Of a stretch of 57,159 bases of DNA, positions 36,101-45,317 are shown piece after piece. The translations under genes and the position numbers were made by a program. How positions within the stretch are numbered: the stretch's first letter is position 1; each line of letters starts with the position of its first letter. The DNA is from a virus (Duplodnaviria; Caudoviricetes): positions 1 to 57,159 of IMG/VR virus record IMGVR_UViG_3300005294_000044, one strand, 5' to 3'. Below the pieces are notes generated by a model. That model was not told where the DNA came from. It searched no databases and saw only the letters and a program-made list of their open reading frames with translations.

Positions 36101-38195
36101 CAGCGGTGACCCGGTCGCCACGCTCCAGGGGCTTGGTCGGTGCAGTCTTACTGTCCCGGGAGCGCTGGATCTCCTTGACGATGTCGGCCTTGAGCATCTT
36201 GGACTTGAGTTCAACGCCCTCAGTTCCAGCGATGTCCCGAAGTTCTTTGATCGTGTTCTTCTCAAGGGGGCGTTCGGCTGGAGCCTCGGGTACTGCCTTC
36301 TTAGTGACACCGCCACCTGGACTCAACCATGCCCGATGGGCGCTACCTCCAGAGTTGACTAGCTTCCCGGTTTCCGGGTCCATGAGGTCATACATCCCGG
36401 CACGGGATTCGATCCGAACAAGACGACCATCAGCCTTCGGACCTTTACGGTCACTGCCGTGATACATGACAATGTCGCCAGGTTTAGCCCCAAAGCTCTT
36501 GATCGTGCCCCACGAAGGCTTGCCAGCTTCCGGAGCCGCTTTGGGAACAGCCTCCTTGACTGGTACTTCTGAAGCCTTGGGTGCAGCCGGTGCCGCCTTC
36601 TTGACCGCCGCCTTGGGCGCGACCTTCTTTGCCGGACCCTGGATCTGGTCCACAAGGGACTGAAGTCGCTGGTGTTCCGGGTTGTCCGGGTTGAACTTGC
36701 CCTCCTGGTGCATCCGCTCGACCCGGTTGACCACAGCCTGACGCTGCTCCGGGGTCAGACCGGCAGCCTTGGTCCCACCTTGGGAGGAGACAGCTTTACG
36801 GGCAGCCTTGGTAGGCGCTGGCGCTTCGGGGGCGGCAGGAGCCTGCGGCGTGGCGGGAGCAGGCGCTGACGGTGTCGAGGTTTCCTGCTTCTGGTCAAGG
36901 TTGTACTTCTCCCTGATCAGGTCAGCCAGTTGCTCCTGGGCCTTGATGTCATCGGCCAGGTGCTCGTCAACCCGACCGGCGCTGCGATTACCTTCCAGGG
37001 TCGACTTGTTGACCCTGATGTCGGTCTCCAGCTCTCGCAGGGCGTCACCAGGGTCCTTCTTCCCGGCGGCTACCCCCAGGTAGGCGGAGTTCCACTGCTG
37101 GCGCCGGGGCCCGGCCGAAGGGGCAGGGAGCAGGGCATCGCGCACAGCGGTGCGGAACTCTTCAGGCGTCGGGACCGTGGAAACTGCCTCGGGTGCCGGG
37201 GCTTCGCCTGGTGCCGTCGGAGCCTGGACCGGCTCGTTGCGTGGCTCCACGCCCTGGGGCAGTTGCTCGGAAGTCTGGGGGGATGGAACCGCTGGCTCAG
37301 ACTGACGCAACCTCGTGTCCGGCTGCTCGTCCAGCTTGCGCTGCGCCTCCTGGGCGGTAGCGGCACGCTGGTTGGCGGACTCGATCTCTCGTAGTTCCGA
37401 AGGGGGATGGGCGTAAGAAGTTGCGGCCCGAGAAATCCTCTCCTCGCGCTGCGCTTCAGTTAACGGTACGCCCCGGGGGCTACGACTGATCGGCTCCGGG
37501 GTGGCTCCCTTGGTGCGGGGGGTGGCCACGGCCATCACGTAGTAGCCGCCGGCCCCATCAGGCTGGACCTTTGTTATCCGGATCTCTTGATCATGGTCCA
37601 GCATGATGGTTCGACTGTCCCGGTCACGGGCCGGAATAATCGCTGTGGTTCCCTTGGGTACCGCGATGCGAACCGAGATCTTCCCCTTCCCGGGAGGTTC
37701 AGTTTGTCCCGTGATAATGCCACCAATATGTGCCCCGCTATATGCCCGGTCAGCGATCAACTGACCCATGAGCTGGTCTTTCAGGCCACCTTCTGGCAGA
37801 TCTAGTTGATCTTCCGTCAAGCCAAAGGTCTCTGGTCTGACAGTTCGGGTAATGATGATGTCGTCAGGTAGAGAGAGTTTGTGACGATCCATCATCGCCA
37901 CAAACTTCTTGGTGGTTTCATCAATGTCGCCAGACCGTAGATGCTCATTGGTCTGGTCGATGTCCATACTCAGTCGAGTCAGATCTGAAGCCTCGAAACG
38001 AGTATGTGGCAGATTGAATAGGTACTGGGCGGCCTGACCATCACTTCGAAAGGTCCTGGGACTGAAGCCCTCCAAGAACTTCAAGATGCGTTGAGCTACC
38101 CCAGTGGCCATCTTCCACTTGGTCCGGAACTTGCCGTCAGGACCGCGCGGATGCAGCAACTCATCCGCAGTGCCCCAAACGTGCCCGATACCCAT
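33147..38195 (-). CDS. 1682-aa mosaic head-region protein (degenerate ADP-ribosyltransferase-like N-domain, Rho-N-like repeats, GrpE-like motif, KKAAP linkers)
   Basis: Motifs read from the translation; located between the protease and capsid genes. Confidence 0.75.
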   Translation of the reverse strand: MGIGHVWGTADELLHPRGPDGKFRTKWKMATGVAQRILKFLEGFSPRTFRSDGQAAQYLFNLPHTRFEASDLTRLSMDIDQTNEHLRSGDIDETTKKFVAMMDRHKLSLPDDIIITRTVRPETFGLTEDQLDLPEGGLKDQLMGQLIADRAYSGAHIGGIITGQTEPPGKGKISVRIAVPKGTTAIIPARDRDSRTIMLDHDQEIRITKVQPDGAGGYYVMAVATPRTKGATPEPISRSPRGVPLTEAQREERISRAATSYAHPPSELREIESANQRAATAQEAQRKLDEQPDTRLRQSEPAVPSPQTSEQLPQGVEPRNEPVQAPTAPGEAPAPEAVSTVPTPEEFRTAVRDALLPAPSAGPRRQQWNSAYLGVAAGKKDPGDALRELETDIRVNKSTLEGNRSAGRVDEHLADDIKAQEQLADLIREKYNLDQKQETSTPSAPAPATPQAPAAPEAPAPTKAARKAVSSQGGTKAAGLTPEQRQAVVNRVERMHQEGKFNPDNPEHQRLQSLVDQIQGPAKKVAPKAAVKKAAPAAPKASEVPVKEAVPKAAPEAGKPSWGTIKSFGAKPGDIVMYHGSDRKGPKADGRLVRIESRAGMYDLMDPETGKLVNSGGSAHRAWLSPGGGVTKKAVPEAPAERPLEKNTIKELRDIAGTEGVELKSKMLKADIVKEIQRSRDSKTAPTKPLERGDRVTAADEAKLLRRDAEVSRERGAVEEAQRLEQEAKQVAKKVPAKKAVAGAERPLEKNTVSELRKIALDENITLPKKALKADIVKAIQDSRDLRSAAGSRAAKKAAPLVPAAEAAANTRQADINKVGSIATAASEVDEILNNQADPAVVRRTITSTAKRLGVPDDVRDRWLQAVDRGDTPALSRLVDEVASEAGLTPINKAGEVVPFDSAKHSGTGIKAGTPVEIVRRGYSFKRGDEDIRLFKPQVVEASPATVKAQKLVPEGSVPGPKAQVPIASTERKASFKEAWNSADIKAPGSAGRSLTEIRDDVATGKISPEEGVRRLESEVSLNKDELADIDATLRGDMPAAERRKLIAQADALEEGIAAQEKASSFMRDHFKEEAPLTEKEVLQLELPADVHDALQKATPEQLKDEVERQGLKRPKGETKDEVIQDIARQVAQQELDRRAAKKPAPRKTTSAADLEGRGPSGLSTDPAVRAVQLDNRVRVAYRDLRSPGEWVGLADLREHPALSDLTRDQQDEAIAGIIGFGGGYDFTGKKSVRLIPVANRKALTDRDRAAAVNLGGEEQNAVLFGDPSPRRLPIKKAAPKKAAPPALPKEKGKLDARILAEGLGIEKWDQALAPGQSTYLDDVQRALDGESVGGLPKNSTPAAIGRWLERSASARRGSAAIRYGAGNSSMTDPSSPFYDPEFIAERERLKLARYAEADQLSELAKRLQGTKRPSVKAAPAKKVAPAVKAAEAKADSLEGRLLQGALERLQGAKSEQQVRDAVAGLTFKELKELSGQHGVSTRSRDWIIQGLIDRYAAPKGPVDDTAVQRTIEDTFLDMVDRQATEGASANIVSLADLRDALDDQFPREQVDRVLHAMNRSRKAQLIGESNQKTLTQRQRDAGVHIGAKDRHLLMFMDARKEELRASRSESAPTQWRGIRDQVDELNVGEATPKRIGDLIADLSLEELRAWADSLGIPKRVNTRSSLIQELIHRYSEETEGE

Positions 38196-38203
38196 GACCT
38201 ACC

Positions 38204-40804
38204 TCACTGCGCTGATGTCTGCTGTACGGGCGTTGGAGTAACGGGAGTTGGTTGTACGAGTGCCGGCTGGGCTGGCGCTGGAGCGGGTTCCTGTGGAACT
38301 TCCTCAGTTTCCATGCCCGGCTCTGCCACAATCGAATACCTGGCGTCCTCTTCCAGGGCCACTTGCCAAGCATCCCAGTCTTGTACTCCAGCAGCCTGAT
38401 CGGTGGCTGATTCCCCGCTCTGGCCCTGTGGGGCATTCGGATCTACCGGCATCCCAGGTGCGGCCGGTGCCGGAACCGGGGGCTGCACAGGAACCGGTTC
38501 GGGGGCGGCGGCGAACAGCATCTGGAACCGGGCCGCCCGGTTGCGTTGGGCGTAGATGGCCTCGTCTTCCATGATGTCCTGGAAGCGCTGCCAGCGTTCC
38601 TCAGCGTCACCATCGCCTTGGGCATCGAACTGTGCCGAGACCTGCTCCCTGATGGCGTCAACGATCCCGGTGGGCGGGGCTTCGTACACTGTGTCCTCCT
38701 CGTCGGCGAAGACCATGCCGGCAGCGGTCAGGGCGAGGCGTTCCTCGTTGTCCATGGCGTAGACCGGGAACGCTGGGAAGTTCACCGCCAGGGCGGCAGT
38801 TAACTCCAGGTTCCCCTGCACGGCGCGCCAGTCCCCGGACAGGGGGCTGCGCCGTAGCTTGGCTGCCTGCTTGGTGGTGGCTTCCGGGACCAGGGCGCCA
38901 GCCACCCAGATGCCGAACTCGTCCTCACCGGCTCGTACAGTGGCGATCTCGTATCCGGTGTCGTCGTAGTGGCGCACCACATTGGAGTAGTTCCACGAGA
39001 TCGGGGCGTGCCCGGTGTCCATGGTGATTTTCCCGGTGCGCACCAACTGCCCATCGGAGGTGAGCGTGGAACCCAGGTGGAAGGGGCGGTAGCCCAGCTT
39101 GGTCCGGGGGGCCAGCACACATTCGCGCATGGTCACGTCACGGTGGCACTCGTTCCAGGCGGCCAGGTGACCGAACACCCGACCGTCACCAGTCACCTGG
39201 AGCGGGGTGCGCTGCTTCAGGCTCGGGTTGTCGAACCAGTCGGCCGGCGGGGAGACGGTGGAGTCGAACGTGTCCACTTCGGTCACCGCGTAGCCGGAGT
39301 TCTGTTCGGAGTCCGAGACGTTGACCCCATACTTCTTCAGGGCTGCGGAGATCCGACCCTTGATCTGGTCCAGTTCCTTGGCCGAGTACTGACGGGCGTT
39401 CTTGGGCATGTTGATGTACGACCAGGCAGCTCTACAGTGTTCCTCGGAATCGAGGGGATACCGCTTCTTGCCGTCATCCTGGTAGCCCGGGTCGGCGTAC
39501 TGAACATCACCGTAGGGTTCCTTGGGGTCCTGTGCGGCGAAGTCTTCCATGGCTAGTTGCACTCCTTCCTTCGCCGAGCGATCCCAGGGGGCCCGGATAT
39601 CATTGTCGTTGAATTCACGTGCCATTACCGGATAGATGTCGCTGATCACACTACGCAACTGGGCCATGTCTTCAGTAGAGATGCCCGGCAAACCACCATG
39701 GGCCCCCGACAGCAACGCTGCGGCGGCATAGACGGCGTGATAGATCAGGGTCAGGCGACCATTGATGATGTCGCCTACCGGAAGACGGTACGAGGTGGTC
39801 GCTGTCTCCGGCTGGGCCGGGTCCCGCCACAAGAATGCGCGGCGGAGCTTACCGATATCAGCACCTTGTGCACTGACCTGAGCCCAGGCTGCGATTCGCT
39901 TGACCGCGTCGTCATTGTCAAAGACCGCATTTCGAGGCGCCAGGGGGAGCCCATGCCACCCGGTCGTGTTGACGGTAAAGACCTCTTGGAGGTCAGCATC
40001 CACACTCGCTCGGTACCGCTGGTCCGAGCAACCACAGTCATCGGCGTCGTCGCCAAGTTCCCCCACCATGTCCGGATCGTCATCGGGCCAGTCCCCGTCC
40101 CCCAGGTCCATCAACCGCATGGCGGCGAAAGCTGGGATGGAGACCAGGGTGGCCCCACCGATCGTGTACATGGTCATGTGGTCGAACCCGGTCTCCGGGT
40201 TCACCGTAGCGGAGATCCGACCCCCTGGGTCCACGCTGGGTCCGGCTACCCCCATCTGCACCAGGTGTCGGGCCTGCTTCACCTGGGGGACGATGTCCTC
40301 GTTCAGCCAGTCCCCCCAGGCGTAGGCCCAGTCCTTCCCCTCGTGGTCGGGGCCGTAGGTGATGCCCAGGATCCGGCCCACGGTGACGGCACCATCGTGC
40401 CCCGGGCCGGTCTTCTCCCGCCAGGCCAGCGGGAGCGGCAGCATCCGGTGGGACAAGGCGCCGTGCTCGAAGATCCGGGTCTTGTTGGGTTCCCCGGTGG
40501 GGCGTCCGATGGGCGCGATGGGTCCAGCCCAGACCTGCCCCAGCTCCGGCTGCATGTCCATCAGAGCCTGAGCGGCAACCAGGGCGCGTTCCCCTGGATG
40601 TCCTTTCCCGGGTGGGGCTCCTACTGCCTTCTGGTGCAGAATATTGCACAGGCCCTTAGGGTCCTTGGGGAAATACTTCTTCAGTTGCAAGACGCATCGA
40701 TAGAAGTCATTGGGCATACGCCAGCGAATCTTGGCAGCACCTTTACCCACGAGCCAGTAGCGAGCTAAAGGTAAGGGCATACCCCTAAGAGGATTGGGGT
40801 CCAC
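38204..40804 (-). CDS. Capsid maturation protease (multidomain)
   Basis: PLPL...GHDGAVTVGRI...GPSVD...GATLVSIPAF; YADPGY...KRYPLD module; GRVFGHLA.W..CH...SGDWR....LEL.AAL.VN.P.FP; AGGAGG RBS before GTG 40804. Confidence 0.8.
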   Translation of the reverse strand: MDPNPLRGMPLPLARYWLVGKGAAKIRWRMPNDFYRCVLQLKKYFPKDPKGLCNILHQKAVGAPPGKGHPGERALVAAQALMDMQPELGQVWAGPIAPIGRPTGEPNKTRIFEHGALSHRMLPLPLAWREKTGPGHDGAVTVGRILGITYGPDHEGKDWAYAWGDWLNEDIVPQVKQARHLVQMGVAGPSVDPGGRISATVNPETGFDHMTMYTIGGATLVSIPAFAAMRLMDLGDGDWPDDDPDMVGELGDDADDCGCSDQRYRASVDADLQEVFTVNTTGWHGLPLAPRNAVFDNDDAVKRIAAWAQVSAQGADIGKLRRAFLWRDPAQPETATTSYRLPVGDIINGRLTLIYHAVYAAAALLSGAHGGLPGISTEDMAQLRSVISDIYPVMAREFNDNDIRAPWDRSAKEGVQLAMEDFAAQDPKEPYGDVQYADPGYQDDGKKRYPLDSEEHCRAAWSYINMPKNARQYSAKELDQIKGRISAALKKYGVNVSDSEQNSGYAVTEVDTFDSTVSPPADWFDNPSLKQRTPLQVTGDGRVFGHLAAWNECHRDVTMRECVLAPRTKLGYRPFHLGSTLTSDGQLVRTGKITMDTGHAPISWNYSNVVRHYDDTGYEIATVRAGEDEFGIWVAGALVPEATTKQAAKLRRSPLSGDWRAVQGNLELTAALAVNFPAFPVYAMDNEERLALTAAGMVFADEEDTVYEAPPTGIVDAIREQVSAQFDAQGDGDAEERWQRFQDIMEDEAIYAQRNRAARFQMLFAAAPEPVPVQPPVPAPAAPGMPVDPNAPQGQSGESATDQAAGVQDWDAWQVALEEDARYSIVAEPGMETEEVPQEPAPAPAQPALVQPTPVTPTPVQQTSAQ

Positions 40805-40812
40805 GGTGATCC

Positions 40813-41328
40813 TCACCTCCTAGGTCGCCGCTTGGCGTCGCCCCTCCGGTCACCGTTCCGCTTGCACTCCAGGCAGGTCCGTGCCCCATAGGTATTGACG
40901 TACCAGGACTCAGGCTTCGTGATGTCGTGCAATCCGCTACGACAAACTTTACGGATCGCATATGAGTTAATTCCTCGGGCGATATTGATCGACGAGGTAG
41001 TGGGGTCCAGGTGTGATGGATTAACGCACAACTTGGTTCGACAGAGGTGATCGAGTACAAGTCCGTCAGGTATTGAGGCTCGAAGCAATTCGAAAATAAC
41101 ACGATGAGCTTTTTGACCATGGAAGATTCCATAGCCATACATCTTGCTGACTTCGCCACGCCATAACCAGCACTCATCCGCTGGGCCTTCTGTCCAGCAT
41201 TCCTCCAGCTTCCATTGCGATCGCTTCTTCGTAAAGAGTGGATCTCCGTAACGCCACCAGCGCTTGTAATGCTTATCGCACATACCTCGGGTACCGGAAG
41301 GACCGTCACAGCCAGGAGTGCAGCACAT
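40813..41328 (-). CDS. Free-standing HNH homing endonuclease
   Basis: CWLW.G....YG...AHR....LDHLC...CVNPSHL...N; Zn motifs at both ends. Confidence 0.9.
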   Translation of the reverse strand: MCCTPGCDGPSGTRGMCDKHYKRWWRYGDPLFTKKRSQWKLEECWTEGPADECWLWRGEVSKMYGYGIFHGQKAHRVIFELLRASIPDGLVLDHLCRTKLCVNPSHLDPTTSSINIARGINSYAIRKVCRSGLHDITKPESWYVNTYGARTCLECKRNGDRRGDAKRRPRR

Positions 41329-41356
41329 GTGCCAATACTACTGGATTGTCCTACCA

Positions 41357-42082
41357 TCACCGGCCCCCTTCAACTATCACTACATCGCACCGACAGCCGA
41401 TAACTTCCTCGGGTGGTCCCATTGGATCACCTGGGAACATCAGAGGGAAGTTGCCGACCACGAATGGAGCATAGAGTTCTACAGTTTGTCCATCGGCAGC
41501 GGCGTGTGTTGGACGTACCCGTCGATCACGCTCAGAGTCCCACCGCTTAAGAAGCCGGCGTCCAGAAACTCGGCTCTGCTCCAATCCAGCAGCAACGGTG
41601 CCAGCCCCATATGCTCGCGTTGTTTCCGTAACTGCAATAACTCTCGCCCGATTCGGCCATCGCTCACTATCGGTATAGGTGAGCACCCGATCGACTCGTT
41701 GAGCGACCTGCTCCACAGATCCACCACTGTTCGTGGCATCAGTTATCTCCGTAAAGATCAGGTTGTAGACCTCGGACGGGATCCGGACCAGAAGGTTCTG
41801 GGTCTGGGCCAGTTGACTCATGACGAAGGCGTGCCGGGATACTGGCGGCAGGTTGGTGGCCTCGTTCCATGCCCCCATGGAGATCTGCCCGATGACGGAC
41901 AGGATCGTGTCCACCTCATCATCCCAGTCGCCCTGGGTCTGGAAGATGTTGGCCGGGTCCGGCATCATCTTGTACCGGTTCCACGGATCCATGACCGCAT
42001 CTTTGGCCTTGCTCAGCCAGCGACGCAGGGCCCCCGACACGACCCCGAACAGGTGTTGTTCGTCGCGTTCACGGTTGGGCAT
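41357..42082 (-). CDS. MuF-like (SPP1 gp7) minor head protein
   Basis: RARVIAVTETTRAY...K.W....D.RVRPTH...DGQ...PF.VG...L.FPGDP...EVIGCRC. Confidence 0.9.
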   Translation of the reverse strand: MPNRERDEQHLFGVVSGALRRWLSKAKDAVMDPWNRYKMMPDPANIFQTQGDWDDEVDTILSVIGQISMGAWNEATNLPPVSRHAFVMSQLAQTQNLLVRIPSEVYNLIFTEITDATNSGGSVEQVAQRVDRVLTYTDSERWPNRARVIAVTETTRAYGAGTVAAGLEQSRVSGRRLLKRWDSERDRRVRPTHAAADGQTVELYAPFVVGNFPLMFPGDPMGPPEEVIGCRCDVVIVEGGR

Positions 42083-44981
42083 CGAGGAACCCTCTGGTTC
42101 GCAGAGCCTCCCCTAGGGCGTTGGCATCATGCTCCGCGCCACTGGCCAGGGTCAGGGTGCAGTAGCTTTCCAGCACGTTGCGCAGGGCATTGGTGTCCAC
42201 GGTCATGGACAGGTTGTCGGTCAGGACCGACAGGTGATCCCACACTCCCCGCAGCAGGGTCTGGGCGTGCACCACACCCTTCACTTTGATCTTGGTGTGG
42301 AGCTGATGCGGTGGGGTATCCGGATACTGGCCCCGGGTGGTGGGATCCAACAACCGCTTCCCGGCCACCTCCAGGGCCCGCAGCGCTACCGCGTTGGCGA
42401 CCACGAAGGTGGTGATGGGGGAAGGCACCGAAGCTGACGCGGTGCGGGCCTCTACTGGGGTACTAGCGTTCTGGCCCGGTCCAGCCAGGGCATTGGCGGC
42501 GGTGGAGTTGACCGGCATCGGGGGCGGCACCGTCTCCTGGATCCCGGTGGGCGGTGCCGGCGGGGGTGCGGGGCCGGCACCGTTGCTCTGGGGTGTGACC
42601 ACCGTGTCGGCCGGCAGGATCGCCTGGGTGTAGCCGGCCACCTCCCGCAGTTTGGCGATCTGGAACAAGTTGGGATCCCTGAGCATAAGCTCGCGGGTGA
42701 AGCGCTTGAGGTCCTCTTCATCGGACGGGGCATCGGTGAGCTTGTAGTCCCCGGCGATGAGCACCGCCTCGTTGGAGACGATGCCCTTCTCTTGTAGATT
42801 CAGGGTGTCCTGAAGCCTTTGTGGACGGACGACTAGCGGGGCCGTGTCGTAGGAGAACGTGTACCGGTCCGGGTCCTTCTTGATCGCCTTCAGGGCCGGG
42901 GTCAGGTACGTCATCGACAGCGCTTCACAGATGCGCGTCATGATCGGTTCAATGTGGACTTTGACGTTCTCAGCGCCTACGTGCCAGGCGCTGTTACCGG
43001 TGTAGTAGGTGGTGCCGTTCCGTTTGGCGAACCAGGTCCCGTTGTCGGTGACCGGGCACCATACAGTGCCGGTGTATTTGACAACCTCTTGGTCATGGGT
43101 TCCAGTCAGCGACTTCATGGGCCGGACCGTGCTACGAACCCAGTTACCAACGGCATGGCCACCGTCAGACTGAATGGTAGATACCATTCGTCCGGACAGG
43201 ACTAGGGCCAACTCGTAAGCGTCCAGGGCACGAGGATTCCGTTGCCAGATGTCTAGGTTTCGGGGGTAGTGCCAACCGTCACCCTGGCACGACACATCGA
43301 TGAACAACTCCAGTTGGGCCCTGGTCAGGTTCTGGATGAAGTCCAGGGAGACGATCTTGCTAGGAGCCAGGGGGCGCAATTGATCCCCGGCCAACTTATT
43401 GAGCCGGAAGACAGTAACCGGGCCACCGTACGATGAAACGCAATCTTGAATGGCGTCCGTCCATGACGGCACGACCGACTTGCGAAGAGTCGTCGCCCTG
43501 GCTCCGAACAATCGCGTCAAGCATCCTCTGATCCGATCGACCTTGACGGGGTTCTTGGTATGCGACTGACAGATGGTGATACGACCGCTATCGCTACCCT
43601 CGGTCCAGTACCAGGCCATCAACTCAACGAAGTCGTCAAGATACTTCGGCTCAGTGGGTAGGTCTGCTGCCGGAGCAGCCGTGGGTATGGCGTGTTCGCG
43701 GAATAGTTCCTGAGTGGTAGTGAACTCACGAGCCAGGTACCTGACACCGTCTTGGTAGCGCGGTCGCAGGACCGGCCAACGATGCTCCGGAGTGGTCAGT
43801 GACGAGTGACCCTTACGCTGCATCGAGAGCATCGGTTCATCTACGACCTCAGCTCGGTAGATGTCCTTGACGGGCCCCCACTCACTGAGCCCGGTCTCGT
43901 GGTTCAAGGTCAGGACCTGATCCCCGACCTGGATCTCGCTCTCCTTCTTCCATCCATCTCGGGTGAGGATCTGGGTCTGGTCATCGACGCACCAGTGATT
44001 TGCGTCCCCGGTTCCCAGCAGAATTTCCGGCGCCATATCCATCGCTAAAGCGAAACGTCTCACTGCTTCTTGGCGAAGGTCCAGAGCCTGTCGGCTCAGC
44101 TCGCTGGCGAAGTTCACCAACTGGATCTTGCCCAGGGCGTCCAGCGGAACTTCCATGATGGTGGGGACCACTCCAGCGGCAGTGCCCTCGCCTTTCAAGG
44201 AGGCCGAGCCAGTGCGCAGCAGCTTGGTGGTCAGGCCCTCGGCACCAGTGAGCCTGCCATCTTCGTCACTGTCATCGTCCGGGAAGCTGATCTCTTGTGG
44301 GATCGGTAGAAGTCCAGCAGACACCAGGCGAGAGTCAATCTGGGCAAACACATAACGTGTGAGACGCTCGATCTCCCACAACATAGGCAAAGCCGCCCGC
44401 GTCGGAGAATCAGCCCAGATATTGCGGCGCGGGTGGGGAGTCCAGACTCGGATAACAAGGTCAGAGTTAGGGTCCAGGTATTCCTTGGAGCCGTCCGGGT
44501 AGATGTAGGCAATGTTGCCTCCCCATCGCCTCAGTTCCGAACAGGAGACGATGAACCATTTATCTGGATCATCGTCGTTCTTGGCCCCGCGTCCGACGAT
44601 GTAGAAGTCCCCCGCCACCGTCAGGTTGATCCCTGCCAATCTCAAGGCTTCAGCCTTGGAGCTGGGACCTCCGAGCACAGTGTCGGCAATGGCGGCAACC
44701 TTCGGGTCGGTGCTCTCCTGCTGGACCCGGCCGTTCTTGTCCACGTCGGCCACATAGATCCGCACCCGGGAGCAGGCTGAGCCCACCCAGTTGGCGGCGA
44801 ACCGTAGCTCTCCCACGATGTCGTAGAGGCGCCAGGCTTCGGACTGCCACTCGTCGTTGCCGAACCGGTAGGTGCGCCAACTCTGACCCTCCAGGTTGAC
44901 CCGGGCGGCCGAGGCAACCAGGCTGGAGGCTGCCTCATGGGGCGGTGGGGTGACCTGTGGGGTGCGCCGGAACCGTCCCAT
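42069..44981 (-). CDS. Portal protein containing an intein
   Basis: WQ.EAW..YD.VGEL.F...RVW.PHP...DSP.RA....EI..L; synteny after TerL. Confidence 0.88.
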   Translation of the reverse strand: MGRFRRTPQVTPPPHEAASSLVASAARVNLEGQSWRTYRFGNDEWQSEAWRLYDIVGELRFAANWVGSACSRVRIYVADVDKNGRVQQESTDPKVAAIADTVLGGPSSKAEALRLAGINLTVAGDFYIVGRGAKNDDDPDKWFIVSCSELRRWGGNIAYIYPDGSKEYLDPNSDLVIRVWTPHPRRNIWADSPTRAALPMLWEIERLTRYVFAQIDSRLVSAGLLPIPQEISFPDDDSDEDGRLTGAEGLTTKLLRTGSASLKGEGTAAGVVPTIMEVPLDALGKIQLVNFASELSRQALDLRQEAVRRFALAMDMAPEILLGTGDANHWCVDDQTQILTRDGWKKESEIQVGDQVLTLNHETGLSEWGPVKDIYRAEVVDEPMLSMQRKGHSSLTTPEHRWPVLRPRYQDGVRYLAREFTTTQELFREHAIPTAAPAADLPTEPKYLDDFVELMAWYWTEGSDSGRITICQSHTKNPVKVDRIRGCLTRLFGARATTLRKSVVPSWTDAIQDCVSSYGGPVTVFRLNKLAGDQLRPLAPSKIVSLDFIQNLTRAQLELFIDVSCQGDGWHYPRNLDIWQRNPRALDAYELALVLSGRMVSTIQSDGGHAVGNWVRSTVRPMKSLTGTHDQEVVKYTGTVWCPVTDNGTWFAKRNGTTYYTGNSAWHVGAENVKVHIEPIMTRICEALSMTYLTPALKAIKKDPDRYTFSYDTAPLVVRPQRLQDTLNLQEKGIVSNEAVLIAGDYKLTDAPSDEEDLKRFTRELMLRDPNLFQIAKLREVAGYTQAILPADTVVTPQSNGAGPAPPPAPPTGIQETVPPPMPVNSTAANALAGPGQNASTPVEARTASASVPSPITTFVVANAVALRALEVAGKRLLDPTTRGQYPDTPPHQLHTKIKVKGVVHAQTLLRGVWDHLSVLTDNLSMTVDTNALRNVLESYCTLTLASGAEHDANALGEALRTRGFLDAQP
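42993..43991 (-). mobile_element. Intein (333 aa) with LAGLIDADG domain, in the portal
   Basis: NHW|CVDDQTQILTRDGW...TPEHRW...AWYWTEGS...QGDG...VWCP...TGN|SAW. Confidence 0.92.
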
Positions 44982-45265
44982 CAGCTATCACGGTCCAGCA
45001 GCAGGCCGCAGATCATGGAGGCGGCCGGTATGGCCAGGACGCTGATCACCCAGACGTTGGGGAACAAGGTGACCACCGGCATCACCGGGATCGCCACCCA
45101 GATACTGGTGCACCAGACGCAGTGGGCCAGATAGGCGGCCAGCGACTGGGGACCCCACTTTTTCACCACCCACTGGCGATAGCCGACCGCTAATTTGTCC
45201 TCGACAAGTAGCCGGGTCACCCGGGCTACTGCGAGAACCCCCACGATCAAACTGACGACCAGCAC
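44981..45265 (-). CDS. Small membrane protein (DUF1360-like)
   Basis: RVTRLL.ED...YL..C.WC.SIW; hydrophobic. Confidence 0.75.
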   Translation of the reverse strand: MLVVSLIVGVLAVARVTRLLVEDKLAVGYRQWVVKKWGPQSLAAYLAHCVWCTSIWVAIPVMPVVTLFPNVWVISVLAIPAASMICGLLLDRDS

Positions 45266-45317
45266 GCCTCATACTCTAAGGCCATTGATCACGCAATAGG
45301 TAGTAGCCGCGTTATCC

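Noticed and set aside
21432-40768. Long + strand ORFs opposite structural genes (e.g. 21432-22754, 31272-32465, 39557-40768)
   Set aside because: Antisense shadows expected from GC3-biased codons; no motifs or RBS.
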